From an uncultured Verrucomicrobiae bacterium (GTDB taxonomy: Bacteria > Verrucomicrobiota > Verrucomicrobiia > Chthoniobacterales > JAFAMB01): DNA of 64,000 nucleotides. Location of the stretch: assembly GCA_963782115.1 (NCBI GenBank), contig CAWAIK010000001.1, positions 224,001 to 288,000 on the forward strand, written 5' to 3'. The first letter of the stretch is position 1; each line of letters starts with the position of its first letter. The notes under the pieces were generated by a model that saw nothing but the letters and a program-made list of their open reading frames with translations, did no database searches and was not told the origin of the DNA. The position numbers and the translations under genes are program-made. Positions 37,331-47,277 of the stretch are shown here, piece after piece.

Positions 37331-38260
37331 ATGGGAGCAACAACACATTCGATAGACGTCAACGCACCTCTCCGAGCGGTTTACAATCAGTGGACGCAAT
37401 TTGAAGAATTCCCGAACTTTATGGAGGGCGTGAACGAAGTTCAACAAGAGGGTCCAAAGAGTCTTCTTTGGAAGGTAAATATCGGGGGCAAGGACAAGCA
37501 ATGGGAGGCCGAAATAACGGAGCAGGTTCCGGATAAGAGGATTGCCTGGAGCAGCATAGACGGCACACCCAACGCCGGAGAGGTCAATTTTGACTCCCTG
37601 GATGCCGAACGAACGCGAATCACTCTGACCATGGAATATGAGCCAGAAGGCTTTTTAGAAAAAGCTGGAGATGTGCTTGGCATCCCTTCCGGCCGAGTGG
37701 AAGGAGACCTGAAGCGATTTCGGGATTTTATCGAGAAAAGAGGAAGTGAATCGGGTGGCTGGAGAGGTACGATCGGAGAAGAAGTGAGCAGGGGTTCAAT
37801 CGCCAATCCAGAAGAACCGGGAATGGGCATCGAGGGAACTGTCGCCAATACAGAAGAGCCGGCGAGGGGCGTTGAGGGAACTATCGCGAATGAAAGCAGA
37901 GGACAAACAAGTGAATCCTCTTTGGTCGATAAAACAGCAGACCCGTTGCGCACAAAAAACTGGACAGATAATCTTCGGACGGAGCAACGAGAGCCGCTGA
38001 AGGTCCCGGAGTCTGCGATCGCACCTTCGGACGAACTGGATCCCATTGAAGCTAAACAGCGAACCTCGTCGGTAAAGCCGGAAATCCATTCAGGCCATGT
38101 GGACGTCGCCCCGCCCACGCATGAACAGATAGCACGCCGAGCCTATGAACTTTATATGGAACGCGGGCAGTTTCCAGGCCATGAACGCGAGGACTGGTTG
38201 GAGGCTGAAAAACAACTTTCGGCAAACTCGGGCGTTAATACTCTGCGAGATAACGAGTAG
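37331..38260 (+). CDS. SRPBCC (cyclase/dehydrase-like) protein fused to a C-terminal DUF2934-like domain
   Basis: VYNQWTQFEEFPNFM...GDLKRFRDFIE; C-terminal EQIARRAYELY...DWLEAE; repetitive linker. Confidence 0.85.
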   Translation: MGATTHSIDVNAPLRAVYNQWTQFEEFPNFMEGVNEVQQEGPKSLLWKVNIGGKDKQWEAEITEQVPDKRIAWSSIDGTPNAGEVNFDSLDAERTRITLTMEYEPEGFLEKAGDVLGIPSGRVEGDLKRFRDFIEKRGSESGGWRGTIGEEVSRGSIANPEEPGMGIEGTVANTEEPARGVEGTIANESRGQTSESSLVDKTADPLRTKNWTDNLRTEQREPLKVPESAIAPSDELDPIEAKQRTSSVKPEIHSGHVDVAPPTHEQIARRAYELYMERGQFPGHEREDWLEAEKQLSANSGVNTLRDNE

Positions 38261-38389
38261 GTGGCACGACAAATACCGCTAGCCTGCTGGAACTGATGTC
38301 CCTCCTCGCGGATTTGGATGGTGTTGCGCCAAGCATGGAATGGGGAGACTGGCGTCCCGGAGATCAATGCTACTATGTGACGAATTTTT

Positions 38390-39631
38390 TCAGTGTTTCC
38401 CGGTAGCAACCGACACGGATAATTGACCTCTTCGGCGGAAATGCATAAGGGCTTGCACCAGCGCAAGCACCTGCGCAATCGCTGCGACGAAGAACGTCGC
38501 ACCAACCCGCCAATCCGTGGGATCCAGAACCGATACCGCGGCCAGAATTGGCGCCCCCACCAACGGCGCTATGACACCCATGATGCTGCTGATCGAGTTC
38601 AATGAGCCGAGTGTTATCCCTTGGTGGCGCGGGTCAACCGACTTGGAAACGATCCCTTGCAAAGCAGGGCCGGCGGCAAAACCGCATAGATTCGCAAGAA
38701 TGATTGCATACATCATCCATCCTCGGGTCGCCAATCCATAGAGCACATACGCGACAAAAGAGGATGCCAGACCGACCAGCGCTGTTTTAACATCTCCTAG
38801 TTGCCGTAGCAGGAAACGCAGCAGCACCGTTTGCGCGAGTGCTGCGGCTATTCCGACAAAAAACAACGAGAACCCGTTTTCACGCGGGCCCCACCCGAAT
38901 CGAAATGTCGTGTAGAGAACCCATGTCGATTGCAGAATGAATTGAGGGAAAGCGGTCAGGATAACGACCCACACGAGGCTGCCTATTCCTTGGACCTTTG
39001 TCAGCGCGATGAGGGCAGTCAATGGGTTCGCTTTCGCAAAATCGATGGCGGTCCGTCGATTGGCTGGGAGAGATTCCGGAAGAACCAGGAAACCGTAGGC
39101 CCCGTTCAGGAGGCAGAAACTGGCAGCCGCAAAATAAGGCAGCCTCAGCCCGTATGGAGTAAGTAACCCGCCCAGGATCGGGCCACAAATGAAACCAAGT
39201 CCAAACATCGCGCCAAGAAGTCCGAAGCTCTTGCTCCTTTCTTGCTTTGATGTCACATCGGCAACGTAGGCTCCGGCAACGGTAAAAGCTGCGCCGGAAG
39301 CGCCGCCGACCAACCGGGAGACAAGAAGTAGCCAGAGCCAAGGGGAAATGGCGGTGACAAAAAAGTTGAGCCCAAGACCAAAAATCGAGACGAGCAGAAC
39401 CGCGCGTCGACCGCAACGGTCACTAATTGCGCCCAGCAAAGGTGCGGAAAAAAATTGAGCGAGTCCGAAAGATCCAAGCAGAAGTCCGTACCAATAGGCC
39501 TGACTCTGCTTATCCGGAGTCATGGTGGCCACCAACGCGGGAAGAACGGGTATCACAAACCCGAATGCAAGCGTGTCGAGAAAAACGGTGACCAGGATGA
39601 AGGGGATGCCGGGCTGACGTTGGACCTGCAT
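38390..39631 (-). CDS. TetA/TCR-like MFS efflux transporter
   Basis: Motif A GAISDRCGRR, AYVADVT, FGLGFICGPILGG, 12-TM pattern. Confidence 0.9.
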   Translation of the reverse strand: MQVQRQPGIPFILVTVFLDTLAFGFVIPVLPALVATMTPDKQSQAYWYGLLLGSFGLAQFFSAPLLGAISDRCGRRAVLLVSIFGLGLNFFVTAISPWLWLLLVSRLVGGASGAAFTVAGAYVADVTSKQERSKSFGLLGAMFGLGFICGPILGGLLTPYGLRLPYFAAASFCLLNGAYGFLVLPESLPANRRTAIDFAKANPLTALIALTKVQGIGSLVWVVILTAFPQFILQSTWVLYTTFRFGWGPRENGFSLFFVGIAAALAQTVLLRFLLRQLGDVKTALVGLASSFVAYVLYGLATRGWMMYAIILANLCGFAAGPALQGIVSKSVDPRHQGITLGSLNSISSIMGVIAPLVGAPILAAVSVLDPTDWRVGATFFVAAIAQVLALVQALMHFRRRGQLSVSVATGKH

Positions 39632-39799
39632 GTTTTGGAGGCGTGAATGCTCAGCGAATAGACACGAATTGTCGAGAGCAGTTGAGCAAACTGATCTTCC
39701 AACTTGCGGATTGCTGGCCCTCCGCCGACTGGGGCCGCCCGACTCGCTGACCGGCGCGGCACTAGCGTGTGTGCAGCCACGTCCATCGTCGCGCGTTCC

Positions 39800-40222
39800 T
39801 CACGGATTGAGGAAGACCAGGTTGGCAACCGGGTCTTGGACTATGGCTCCATGTGGAATGCCGGCGACGCTGATCGTCGTATGTGGTTCATAGGGACTAA
39901 TTACAATGTCGGGATCCGATGTTGGCGTAGCGTACGGCAGATTCCCGTCGCCCTGGGGAGCGACCTGCCCCTGGTAAACGGTGTCGTCGGTAGGTAAATC
40001 GTTATCGCAGCCATAGCCGAATGGATCGAAAATCACCACGCCCCCATTTCCGTAGTGGAAATGACGCTGGAAACCATTGCCCGACCGGGCAACGAAATGA
40101 GTGCCAGCCGAAGGAGGGCGAAAAGCCGGAACGTGCCGAAAATGACCTCTGCTTCCCTGCGGGTCAGCTTTTGCTGCCATGACCGTCAACATCGCCAGAA
40201 ACAATGCCGCCAATATCTTCAT
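39800..40222 (-). CDS. Secreted hypothetical protein
   Basis: Signal peptide MKILAALFLAMLTVMAAKA; C-terminal VISPYEP...IVQDP. Confidence 0.7.
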   Translation of the reverse strand: MKILAALFLAMLTVMAAKADPQGSRGHFRHVPAFRPPSAGTHFVARSGNGFQRHFHYGNGGVVIFDPFGYGCDNDLPTDDTVYQGQVAPQGDGNLPYATPTSDPDIVISPYEPHTTISVAGIPHGAIVQDPVANLVFLNP

Positions 40223-40468
40223 AAGTTTTGCTCTCCGGTGATATTTCAGCTTAATTCATGCCTCGCAAACCGAGGGGTAAATGCGCGAGTGAGGCATCTA
40301 CAGGCACGATTGGAGAAACTGAAAAAAAGCCTGCAGAATGCAAGGTAAACCAGCCTCATTCTGCATTGCTCGACTCCTGGATGGATCGGGCTGCAACCTT
40401 GAATCTCCTCGCCTTCTACTAACACTGACACTGACAACTGACACTGACAACCTCCCCTTCCACTGCCA

Positions 40469-41704
40469 ATGAAAGCCTTTGAAGCCGCCAATCATTACAT
40501 CAGCAAGGCTTCGCGTATCATGAACCTGGGGCCGCGCGTTGAGCAGCTGTTGCTGTCGCTTGAGGCTGAGCATCACGTCACCATCCCTATCGAGCGTGAC
40601 AACGGCGAGTTGGCGGTCTACAGCGGATACCGCTTCCAGCACAACTCCGCGCGCGGACCCACCAAGGGCGGCCTGCGCTTTCATCCAACGTTGGACGCCG
40701 ACGACGTGCGGGCGCTGGCGGCGCTCATGACCTGGAAAACCGCCGTGGTGAACGTGCCTTTTGGCGGCGCCAAGGGCGGCGTCGCCTGCGATCCATCGCA
40801 GCTTTCGCAGGGCGAACTGGAACGCATCACACGCAAGTTCGTGGAGCGGATTAGCCACGAGATCGGTCCTCAGCGCGACATCCCCGCGCCCGATGTGAAT
40901 ACGAATGCGCAAGTGATGGCATGGATCATGGACCAGTATTCGAGGTTGCATGGGTTCGCGCCTGCGGTGGTTACGGGCAAACCGGTTGAACTGCACGGCA
41001 GCGAAGGTCGCGAGGCCGCAACTGGTTATGGCGTTATTTGCGTAGCTGAGAGCTTTCTGCACGACGCCGGTGACAGCCTCAAAGGTGCTACTGTCGCGAT
41101 CCAAGGTTTCGGCAACGTCGGCTTATTCGCTGCACTTTTTGCCTACGAGCGCGGGGCGAAAGTCGTTGCGGTCAGCGACGTGTCCGGCGGCGTTGCCAAT
41201 CGGGATGGTCTAGAGATTCCTGCGCTCGTAGAACTCGCCCGCAGCCGCCGTCCGCTCGCGGAATACCAAGGTGACGGCGTGTCGCGCATCACCAACGACA
41301 CATTATTGACCTGCGAAGTGGACGTGCTCATACCGGCGGCGCTCGGCGGCGTGTTAACCCGCGACGTGGCCCGCGAAGTTCGCGCCAAGGTGATCGTCGA
41401 AGCGGCAAACGGACCCACTTTCCCGGAAGCCGACGAAGTTTTCGAGCAGCGCGGCATCACGGTCCTTCCGGATATCCTGGCCAACGCGGGCGGTGTGACG
41501 GTTAGTTACTTTGAGTGGACCCAAAATCTTCAGTGCCTGCGTTGGACCGAGAACGAAGTAAACGGTCGACTTCGCGAGACCATGACTGCCGCTTACGACA
41601 CGATCCGCGGCCTGGTACGATCGCGCAAACTAGACTGGCGCACGGCCGCATATATTGTAGCACTTGGGCGCGTGGCCAAAGCGGCCATGCTGCGGGGCGT
41701 GTAA
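40469..41704 (+). CDS. gdhA: Glu/Leu/Phe/Val dehydrogenase (glutamate dehydrogenase-like)
   Basis: GPTKGGLRF, GGAKGG, DIPAPD, VTGKP, GFGNVG, EAANGP, NAGGV. Confidence 0.9.
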   Translation: MKAFEAANHYISKASRIMNLGPRVEQLLLSLEAEHHVTIPIERDNGELAVYSGYRFQHNSARGPTKGGLRFHPTLDADDVRALAALMTWKTAVVNVPFGGAKGGVACDPSQLSQGELERITRKFVERISHEIGPQRDIPAPDVNTNAQVMAWIMDQYSRLHGFAPAVVTGKPVELHGSEGREAATGYGVICVAESFLHDAGDSLKGATVAIQGFGNVGLFAALFAYERGAKVVAVSDVSGGVANRDGLEIPALVELARSRRPLAEYQGDGVSRITNDTLLTCEVDVLIPAALGGVLTRDVAREVRAKVIVEAANGPTFPEADEVFEQRGITVLPDILANAGGVTVSYFEWTQNLQCLRWTENEVNGRLRETMTAAYDTIRGLVRSRKLDWRTAAYIVALGRVAKAAMLRGV

Positions 41705-41715
41705 TGTAACGATCT

Positions 41716-42267
41716 ATGGAGAACGCCATCGATTCCGCTTTGGTTCACCGCTTCAGTTGCTTCCGGTCTCTCAACGCCGAGCAGATTGCCGCGTTCGCGA
41801 CCCACCTGGAAGAGGTGCGCCTTCCGCCCGGCGCGATCTTGTTTAGACAGGGTGACGTGGGAGATTCGATCTACCTGCTTCTAAGCGGACAGATGCTGAT
41901 CAAGTTGGGCGCTGCAGCGCAGGACGACCGCACATTAGCGACCCTTGGGCCTGGTGCTATCCTTGGCGAGATAAGTCCATTGGTAAACATGCCGCGGACC
42001 GCGAGCGCGATTGCCGCCGCCGATAGCCATCTCTGGCGAATCTCGACGTGCGCCTTCCACGACGCTCTGCGACACGGAGACGCTTGGGCAGTGAGCTTTT
42101 TGCTCGCCACCGCCCAAGTGCTGGGACGCCGGGTTATAGCCATGAACGAGGAGCTGGTCAAACTCTCAGCCGAGTTGCGCCTAAACTTGGCGCAACCGCA
42201 AATCAGGAAAGCCGTTGCCGAGATCGAACAGTTGCGGAAGCGCCTGACGACAGAGTGGACGTTCTGA
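41716..42267 (+). CDS. Cyclic-nucleotide-binding domain protein without an HTH
   Basis: LFRQGDVGDSIY, LGE...PRTASA phosphate-binding cassette, C-terminal helical tail. Confidence 0.85.
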   Translation: MENAIDSALVHRFSCFRSLNAEQIAAFATHLEEVRLPPGAILFRQGDVGDSIYLLLSGQMLIKLGAAAQDDRTLATLGPGAILGEISPLVNMPRTASAIAAADSHLWRISTCAFHDALRHGDAWAVSFLLATAQVLGRRVIAMNEELVKLSAELRLNLAQPQIRKAVAEIEQLRKRLTTEWTF

Positions 42268-42407
42268 GCCAACAATTTTTCGGTTCACCATGCAATCCCG
42301 AGTTGCTCTCCCTCTGACACTGACACCGACAACTGACTTCTTAGTACTCAACGTGGACGTTTGTTGCCCGACTTGTGTTGGCATCCGTTCGTGCGCACTA
42401 TGTCGCC

Positions 42408-43439
42408 GTGAATGATTCGTTGAGGTTTGTAGTTGCTGGTCTCGGCTGGTGGGGACGCACTTGGATGGACGTTTTAAAGATACATCCGAAGGTTCAACTG
42501 GTTGCCACCGTTGATCCTTCAGAAGGTGCACGAGATTGGAGTCGAAAGAATTTGGCAGTTGCGCACTTTGCAGACCTGGATAACGCATTTCACGAGATTG
42601 ATGCCGATGCGGTTCTTGTCGCTACGTCTCCGAAATTGCACGCTCCTGTCTTGATCAAAGCGATTGAGCATGGGAAACATGTTCTTGTCGAAAAGCCGCT
42701 TGCTGCGTCGCCTGAAGACGCCGCCAAAATTTCCAGTGCGGTCGAAAAGACTGCCGCGAAGGTGATGATCGGTCAGGGCTATCGATTCACCGACAGTGCG
42801 ACGATTCTTCGCCAGGCGCTCCAGAGCGGGAGAATCGGTAAGCTTCAGGCAATCCGTATCCTCTTTCGCCAATATGTCCCAGATATTTTGGAACAAGATC
42901 ATCCGTTGTATCAACTGCAGCACTCAATCCTGGTAGATATGGCCAATCACCACTTCGATCTGATCCGCTACTTGACATCCCAGGAGTTTTCGAAAGTGAC
43001 CGCCTTTGAGTATGAAACGCCGGGGAACGCGTTTCGCTATCCCTCGAGCGCTCTGTGTCTCCTGACCTTGGAAAACGGTGTCGCGGTGGTATGGGATGGG
43101 GATTGGTGCTACCTGCATCCCCGCACTTCTTGGGAAGGAGAGTGGGAATTTATCGGTTCGCAGGCGAGGATGTTCTGGCGAGGAGAGCAAGACAAGGAAA
43201 AAAAGGGTCGCTTTCGTCCGGTGATATCAATCGAGCGTCCCGGTGATACTCCGGAAGAGATTTCGTTTGAAGAATCGATCGGTGACCGTCGAGTGCCCGT
43301 CCTGGATCATTTCATTGAGTCGATTACGCATGGCAGACAACCCGAGCCTAGCGTATGGGACAATCTGAAGATGCTCCGCGCAGTGTTCGGCTGCATCGAG
43401 TCGTCGATTGTCAACCGTGAAATCTTCCTGAAGCCCTAG
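42408..43439 (+). CDS. Gfo/Idh/MocA family oxidoreductase
   Basis: GLGWWG, HVLVEKPL, DMANHHFD. Probable GTG start at 42408. Confidence 0.88.
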   Translation: MNDSLRFVVAGLGWWGRTWMDVLKIHPKVQLVATVDPSEGARDWSRKNLAVAHFADLDNAFHEIDADAVLVATSPKLHAPVLIKAIEHGKHVLVEKPLAASPEDAAKISSAVEKTAAKVMIGQGYRFTDSATILRQALQSGRIGKLQAIRILFRQYVPDILEQDHPLYQLQHSILVDMANHHFDLIRYLTSQEFSKVTAFEYETPGNAFRYPSSALCLLTLENGVAVVWDGDWCYLHPRTSWEGEWEFIGSQARMFWRGEQDKEKKGRFRPVISIERPGDTPEEISFEESIGDRRVPVLDHFIESITHGRQPEPSVWDNLKMLRAVFGCIESSIVNREIFLKP

Positions 43440-43511
43440 TGCACCTAGACTAGTGGCAAAAGCCACTATTCCTCTGTGATTTCCAGCTGATTCCGCTAAT
43501 ATTGCACCGGC

Positions 43512-43748
43512 ATGAGAGCGTTGTTATTGTTTATATTAGGTATCATTGTAGGTGCGGGCGGGATGCTATTCCTTCCGGAATTGACTGCACGGCGCGAACA
43601 GCTAAATGAGGAAACGAGAAAACATCTGGACCAACTTGAGGGTCAGGTCCGCGATCTTGGAGATCAATTGAAGAAAATTAATATTCCGAAGCCCGGCGAC
43701 GACCAATCGAAGCAACCCTCGGTGACGCCGTCCCCTACAGCGCATTGA
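43512..43748 (+). CDS. Small membrane-anchored coiled-coil hypothetical protein
   Basis: Hydrophobic N-terminus followed by a heptad-rich helix. Confidence 0.65.
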   Translation: MRALLLFILGIIVGAGGMLFLPELTARREQLNEETRKHLDQLEGQVRDLGDQLKKINIPKPGDDQSKQPSVTPSPTAH

Positions 43749-44057
43749 CTTTACCCGGCAACGGATTCGGTCGCCTTAAACCATTGTTCATCGCGTCGAA
43801 GACGACTTCGATAACGCACGATATTGGTTTCGGCGGGCCCGGGTGCACCCGGCGGCCGCCGAGATGTAATCGACGCGCTGCCGCCAATAGTCTGGCGGTC
43901 TCGAGCCATCCGATCTGGGATCCGTTATTTGTGACCGATATGGTCGAAACCTCGCTGACCACTGGCGTAACTGAAGAATTGCGAGTGATCTTGACGAGAG
44001 CAATCGAACCAAAAGGTATTTTGGGATAATGCCGGAAAGGGAGGCATATCTCCCTTG

Positions 44058-44249
44058 ATGAAATACAGAATAGTCGTAGGAGGGATCGGCATGGTTTACG
44101 ACGGGGAATCCAAGTCGGAGGCCATGCGCCAATTCAGGCTGTTTGTTATTCAATCAAAAACCGCGACATCCAATTCGGCAGGCAAGTTGATAACATTGTT
44201 CAAAAACTACGCAATCATAAAGGAGCATTTCCCTCCTGACGAGTTGTAG
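44058..44249 (+). CDS. Small hypothetical protein
   Basis: MKYRIVVGGIGMVYDGESKSEAMRQF...; a GGAGG lies upstream. Confidence 0.55.
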   Translation: MKYRIVVGGIGMVYDGESKSEAMRQFRLFVIQSKTATSNSAGKLITLFKNYAIIKEHFPPDEL

Positions 44250-44499
44250 GTAGCCGTAACCATCTTTGGGCATGACGCGAATCGAATAACTTGCGCACTA
44301 GTCATCAATTCCAATTTTTGAGAAAGTTTCTCTTAGGTTAGTCGCGATTGCGGCGGTTTTTGACACCCCTCATCTGAAACGCTCAAGCGCACTTTTCGAT
44401 TTGTGGCGATCGAAGATCTCTGGAGGAAGTGGCATGGTGGAGTATTGCCTCTGTTACAGGTTGTCGCCTTCTTGAACCCGTTGCCTCTTTTGGGAAAAA

Positions 44500-44901
44500 G
44501 TTATTCACAATCGAGCATTAGGCATTCCACGGGGTCTGGAAAACTTCGTCTCAACCAGAATCTTTCGGGTTGCCCGCGGAAGATTGAGTGCCTCATACCG
44601 ACTCCAGCCATTGTAATAAAATGGCTTTGCGGAGTTATTCACACGATACGCACAGGCTGTACAGACAAGATCCGATGGATTTAACCAATTCCCAGGCGGC
44701 GGATTTAACTGACTAAAGAAGCTCGTGCGAGAAGACTTTACCACCGACTCAGTTGATTGGTCCGACATAACGTAGTCTTATTATCTCTAGAAATTTTGTA
44801 CTCATTAGAATTATTTTCTTGCTGACGTCGCGGGGTGATTTTATCCTCCAATCCCCGCTCGACGAAGGAAAGCCGGTCGATGCGAATAACATGTGAATAA
44901 C
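44500..44901. promoter_or_regulatory. DnaA-box cluster upstream of dnaA (candidate oriC or autoregulatory region)
   Basis: TTATTCACA at 44501-44509 (+), 44635-44643 (+) and 44892-44900 (-); TTATTCGCA at 44881-44889 (-); AT-rich tract at about 44773-44820. Confidence 0.65.
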
Positions 44902-45093
44902 TATGTTGAAAGCTAGTTGACTGAACCCGGTTGAGGTGGCGCTCCAGATATCTCGACAGGAACGGCTCGGAGTCGTTTTGCTGTCTGTGATCAAGGGATG
45001 TGTGCTCCGCTTCTATCGGTCCTCCGGTTTACGCGAGTCGGAAAGGGTGGAAAATGATACGTCTCGCCATGGAGGAGTTTAATAGAAGCACCT

Positions 45094-46470
45094 ATGGAAG
45101 AGACTTACGATAACGTTTGGCGGGAAATAGGAAGCGGAATCAGGTTGCAGCTCAGCGCCGAGGCATTTCAGCGGTGGTTTGCATCGATTGAACTTGTGCA
45201 GGCGGATGAAATCGCGCTCACCTTCCAGATTCCGAACAGCATCTATCAATTTTGGATCGAGAGTAATTACTTGAATGTCCTGCAATCCGCTGTGATGTCC
45301 GTGCTCGGAAGCCCGCGAAAAATCAAATTCCGGACTGCAGAAAGCGGAAGTATGCGTCCCGTTGTTGATGCCTGTGGTGACCGGGTGAGCGAGCCATTGG
45401 CTCCAGTATCCCAAATATTCCATGATGAGGATTCGGAGGGCGTCATCAACCACGGGATGAATCCGCGCAATCGATTTGAAGCTTTTGTCGTGGGATCGAA
45501 TAACCAATTTGCGCACGCAGCCGCCCTCGCGGTTTCTCAATCGCCGGCCAAAACCTATAATCCGCTTTTTATCTACGGAGGCGTAGGTTTAGGAAAGACC
45601 CATTTGATGCAGGCGATCGGTCAGCAGACCATCGAACGAAGAAAGATCCAAAAGGTGATGTACCTCTCGAGTGAGCGGTTCACCAACGAGTTCATCGACG
45701 CGATCCAGCAGAACATGCTGGTCAGGTTCCGGAAGCGTTATCGTCAGACAGATGTTCTATTGATTGACGATATTCATTTCCTGGCTGGTAAAGAGCGGTC
45801 TCAGGAAGAATTTTTCCATACCTTTAACACGCTATTCGATGGTCGGAAGCAGATTGTGCTTTCAAGTGATCGTCCGGCCAGCGAGATCGCCAACCTGGAG
45901 CAGCGCCTTGTTTCTCGCTTCGAGTGTGGATTGACAACAGAATTGCAGCCGCCGGATATAGAGACGCGAATGGCAATTCTCCGGAAAAAGGCCCAGGCAT
46001 TTCATATCGAGCTGGCTGAGGATATTCTGGCTTTTCTCGCGCAACGTGTCCGAACTAATGTTCGGCGTCTGGAGGGTGCCTTGGTGCGGGTTGCCTCTTA
46101 CCAGTCGCTGCGTGGCCGAGCGTTTTCTCGCGAAACGGTAGAACAACTTCTTCGGGATATTTTGCGGGAAGAAGCCAAGAAGACAATCACCATCGATCAG
46201 ATTCAAAAGAAGGTGGCCGAACATTTTAATCTTCGACTCACGGATATGACCAGCAAACGGCGTACCGCGAATATTGCGTTCCCGCGCCAGGTAGCGATGT
46301 ATCTCGCTCGGCGCCACACCAAAGCCTCTTTGGACCAAATTGGAGAGACCTTCGGGGGTCGGGATCACGGAACGGTGCTGCACGCTTGCAAAATTGTCTC
46401 TGTGCGCATGAAGAAAGAGGATCAAGTGCGCCAAGCGATTGTTAGGCTCGATACGCAGCTCGACAGATAA
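45094..46470 (+). CDS. dnaA: Chromosomal replication initiator DnaA
   Basis: YNPLFIYGGVGLGKTHL, LLIDDI, QEEFFHTFN, NVRRLEGAL, GGRDHGTVLHA. Confidence 0.96.
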   Translation: MEETYDNVWREIGSGIRLQLSAEAFQRWFASIELVQADEIALTFQIPNSIYQFWIESNYLNVLQSAVMSVLGSPRKIKFRTAESGSMRPVVDACGDRVSEPLAPVSQIFHDEDSEGVINHGMNPRNRFEAFVVGSNNQFAHAAALAVSQSPAKTYNPLFIYGGVGLGKTHLMQAIGQQTIERRKIQKVMYLSSERFTNEFIDAIQQNMLVRFRKRYRQTDVLLIDDIHFLAGKERSQEEFFHTFNTLFDGRKQIVLSSDRPASEIANLEQRLVSRFECGLTTELQPPDIETRMAILRKKAQAFHIELAEDILAFLAQRVRTNVRRLEGALVRVASYQSLRGRAFSRETVEQLLRDILREEAKKTITIDQIQKKVAEHFNLRLTDMTSKRRTANIAFPRQVAMYLARRHTKASLDQIGETFGGRDHGTVLHACKIVSVRMKKEDQVRQAIVRLDTQLDR

Positions 46471-46518
46471 CCTCTACGAGAGCAATCCGACATAGTACTG
46501 GGTCTGAACATGGATGAC

Positions 46519-46920
46519 TTATTTCGAAATGCCCTGAAGCCTCTCGACAGGTTCAAGGACCGATCCCGAGGTGAGAACGATGGCGAAGAATATTTGCCGA
46601 GCTCCGGCAAGGTCACCGTCGAACTTAGCCAGATAGTAAGGAACTGGCCCCTCTTGAAGTTCGACGGATCGCAGATAAATCTCGTGTGCGCCGTAGAACT
46701 GCTTCGCCCAGGTCAGCGCTGCGACACCTGCATTGTGCTGCCGTTGGACCGCCTCGTCCTGCGATACGATCGCGCTTTGGTCGGTATTGTTGTTCGGAAT
46801 AAAGAACTCATAGACCGCGGGCGTTCCATCGGCTTTCGTCAAAGTAAATTTCAGCACTGGATCGGCAGCCAATGCCTGAAAAGCGGCTAACAGTAGCATC
46901 GGAAGAAGCAAGAATCGCAT
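46519..46920 (-). CDS. Secreted hypothetical protein
   Basis: Signal peptide MRFLLLPMLLLAAFQALA followed by a globular-looking sequence. Confidence 0.7.
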   Translation of the reverse strand: MRFLLLPMLLLAAFQALAADPVLKFTLTKADGTPAVYEFFIPNNNTDQSAIVSQDEAVQRQHNAGVAALTWAKQFYGAHEIYLRSVELQEGPVPYYLAKFDGDLAGARQIFFAIVLTSGSVLEPVERLQGISK

Positions 46921-47277
46921 TGGTGGATAAAGGCTCGGTTTTTCTGCCTCTTGACAGTCACCTTCTCTCCGGCCTCGTTGTCAAGACACACTTCTTCATT
47001 GCCCTTTCTCTTAATCAGTTGGTATCGCGGCGCTTTGGAACCTCTTTTTAGACAGGAGCGTGGGTGCTCGGTTGTTGGTTGGACCGCTGACCTTTGTCAA
47101 GCCTCCCGGTCGCTGAGTCAGGTAATTCTCTGGAGGTCATCCTCTTTTTGGTGTCCTGAACGTGGTTCGCTCGTTCGTCGCACTATTGAATGAAGAAAAC
47201 ATCGATTCAGCCGCTCACGAGCGGGATGGAATTTGGGCAACGAAATAAGCGGGGTCTTGATTAAAACATTTCTACTG

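Noticed and set aside
38390..39631. Bona fide tetracycline resistance gene
   Set aside because: Family-level similarity only; there is no tetR or mobile context, and substrate cannot be inferred.
43436..43468. CTAGTGCACC...CTAGTGG resembling the MITE ends (possible excision scar)
   Set aside because: The match is only 7-10 nt; TAGTGGC-AAAA-GCCACTA is adequately explained as a small hairpin after the gene.
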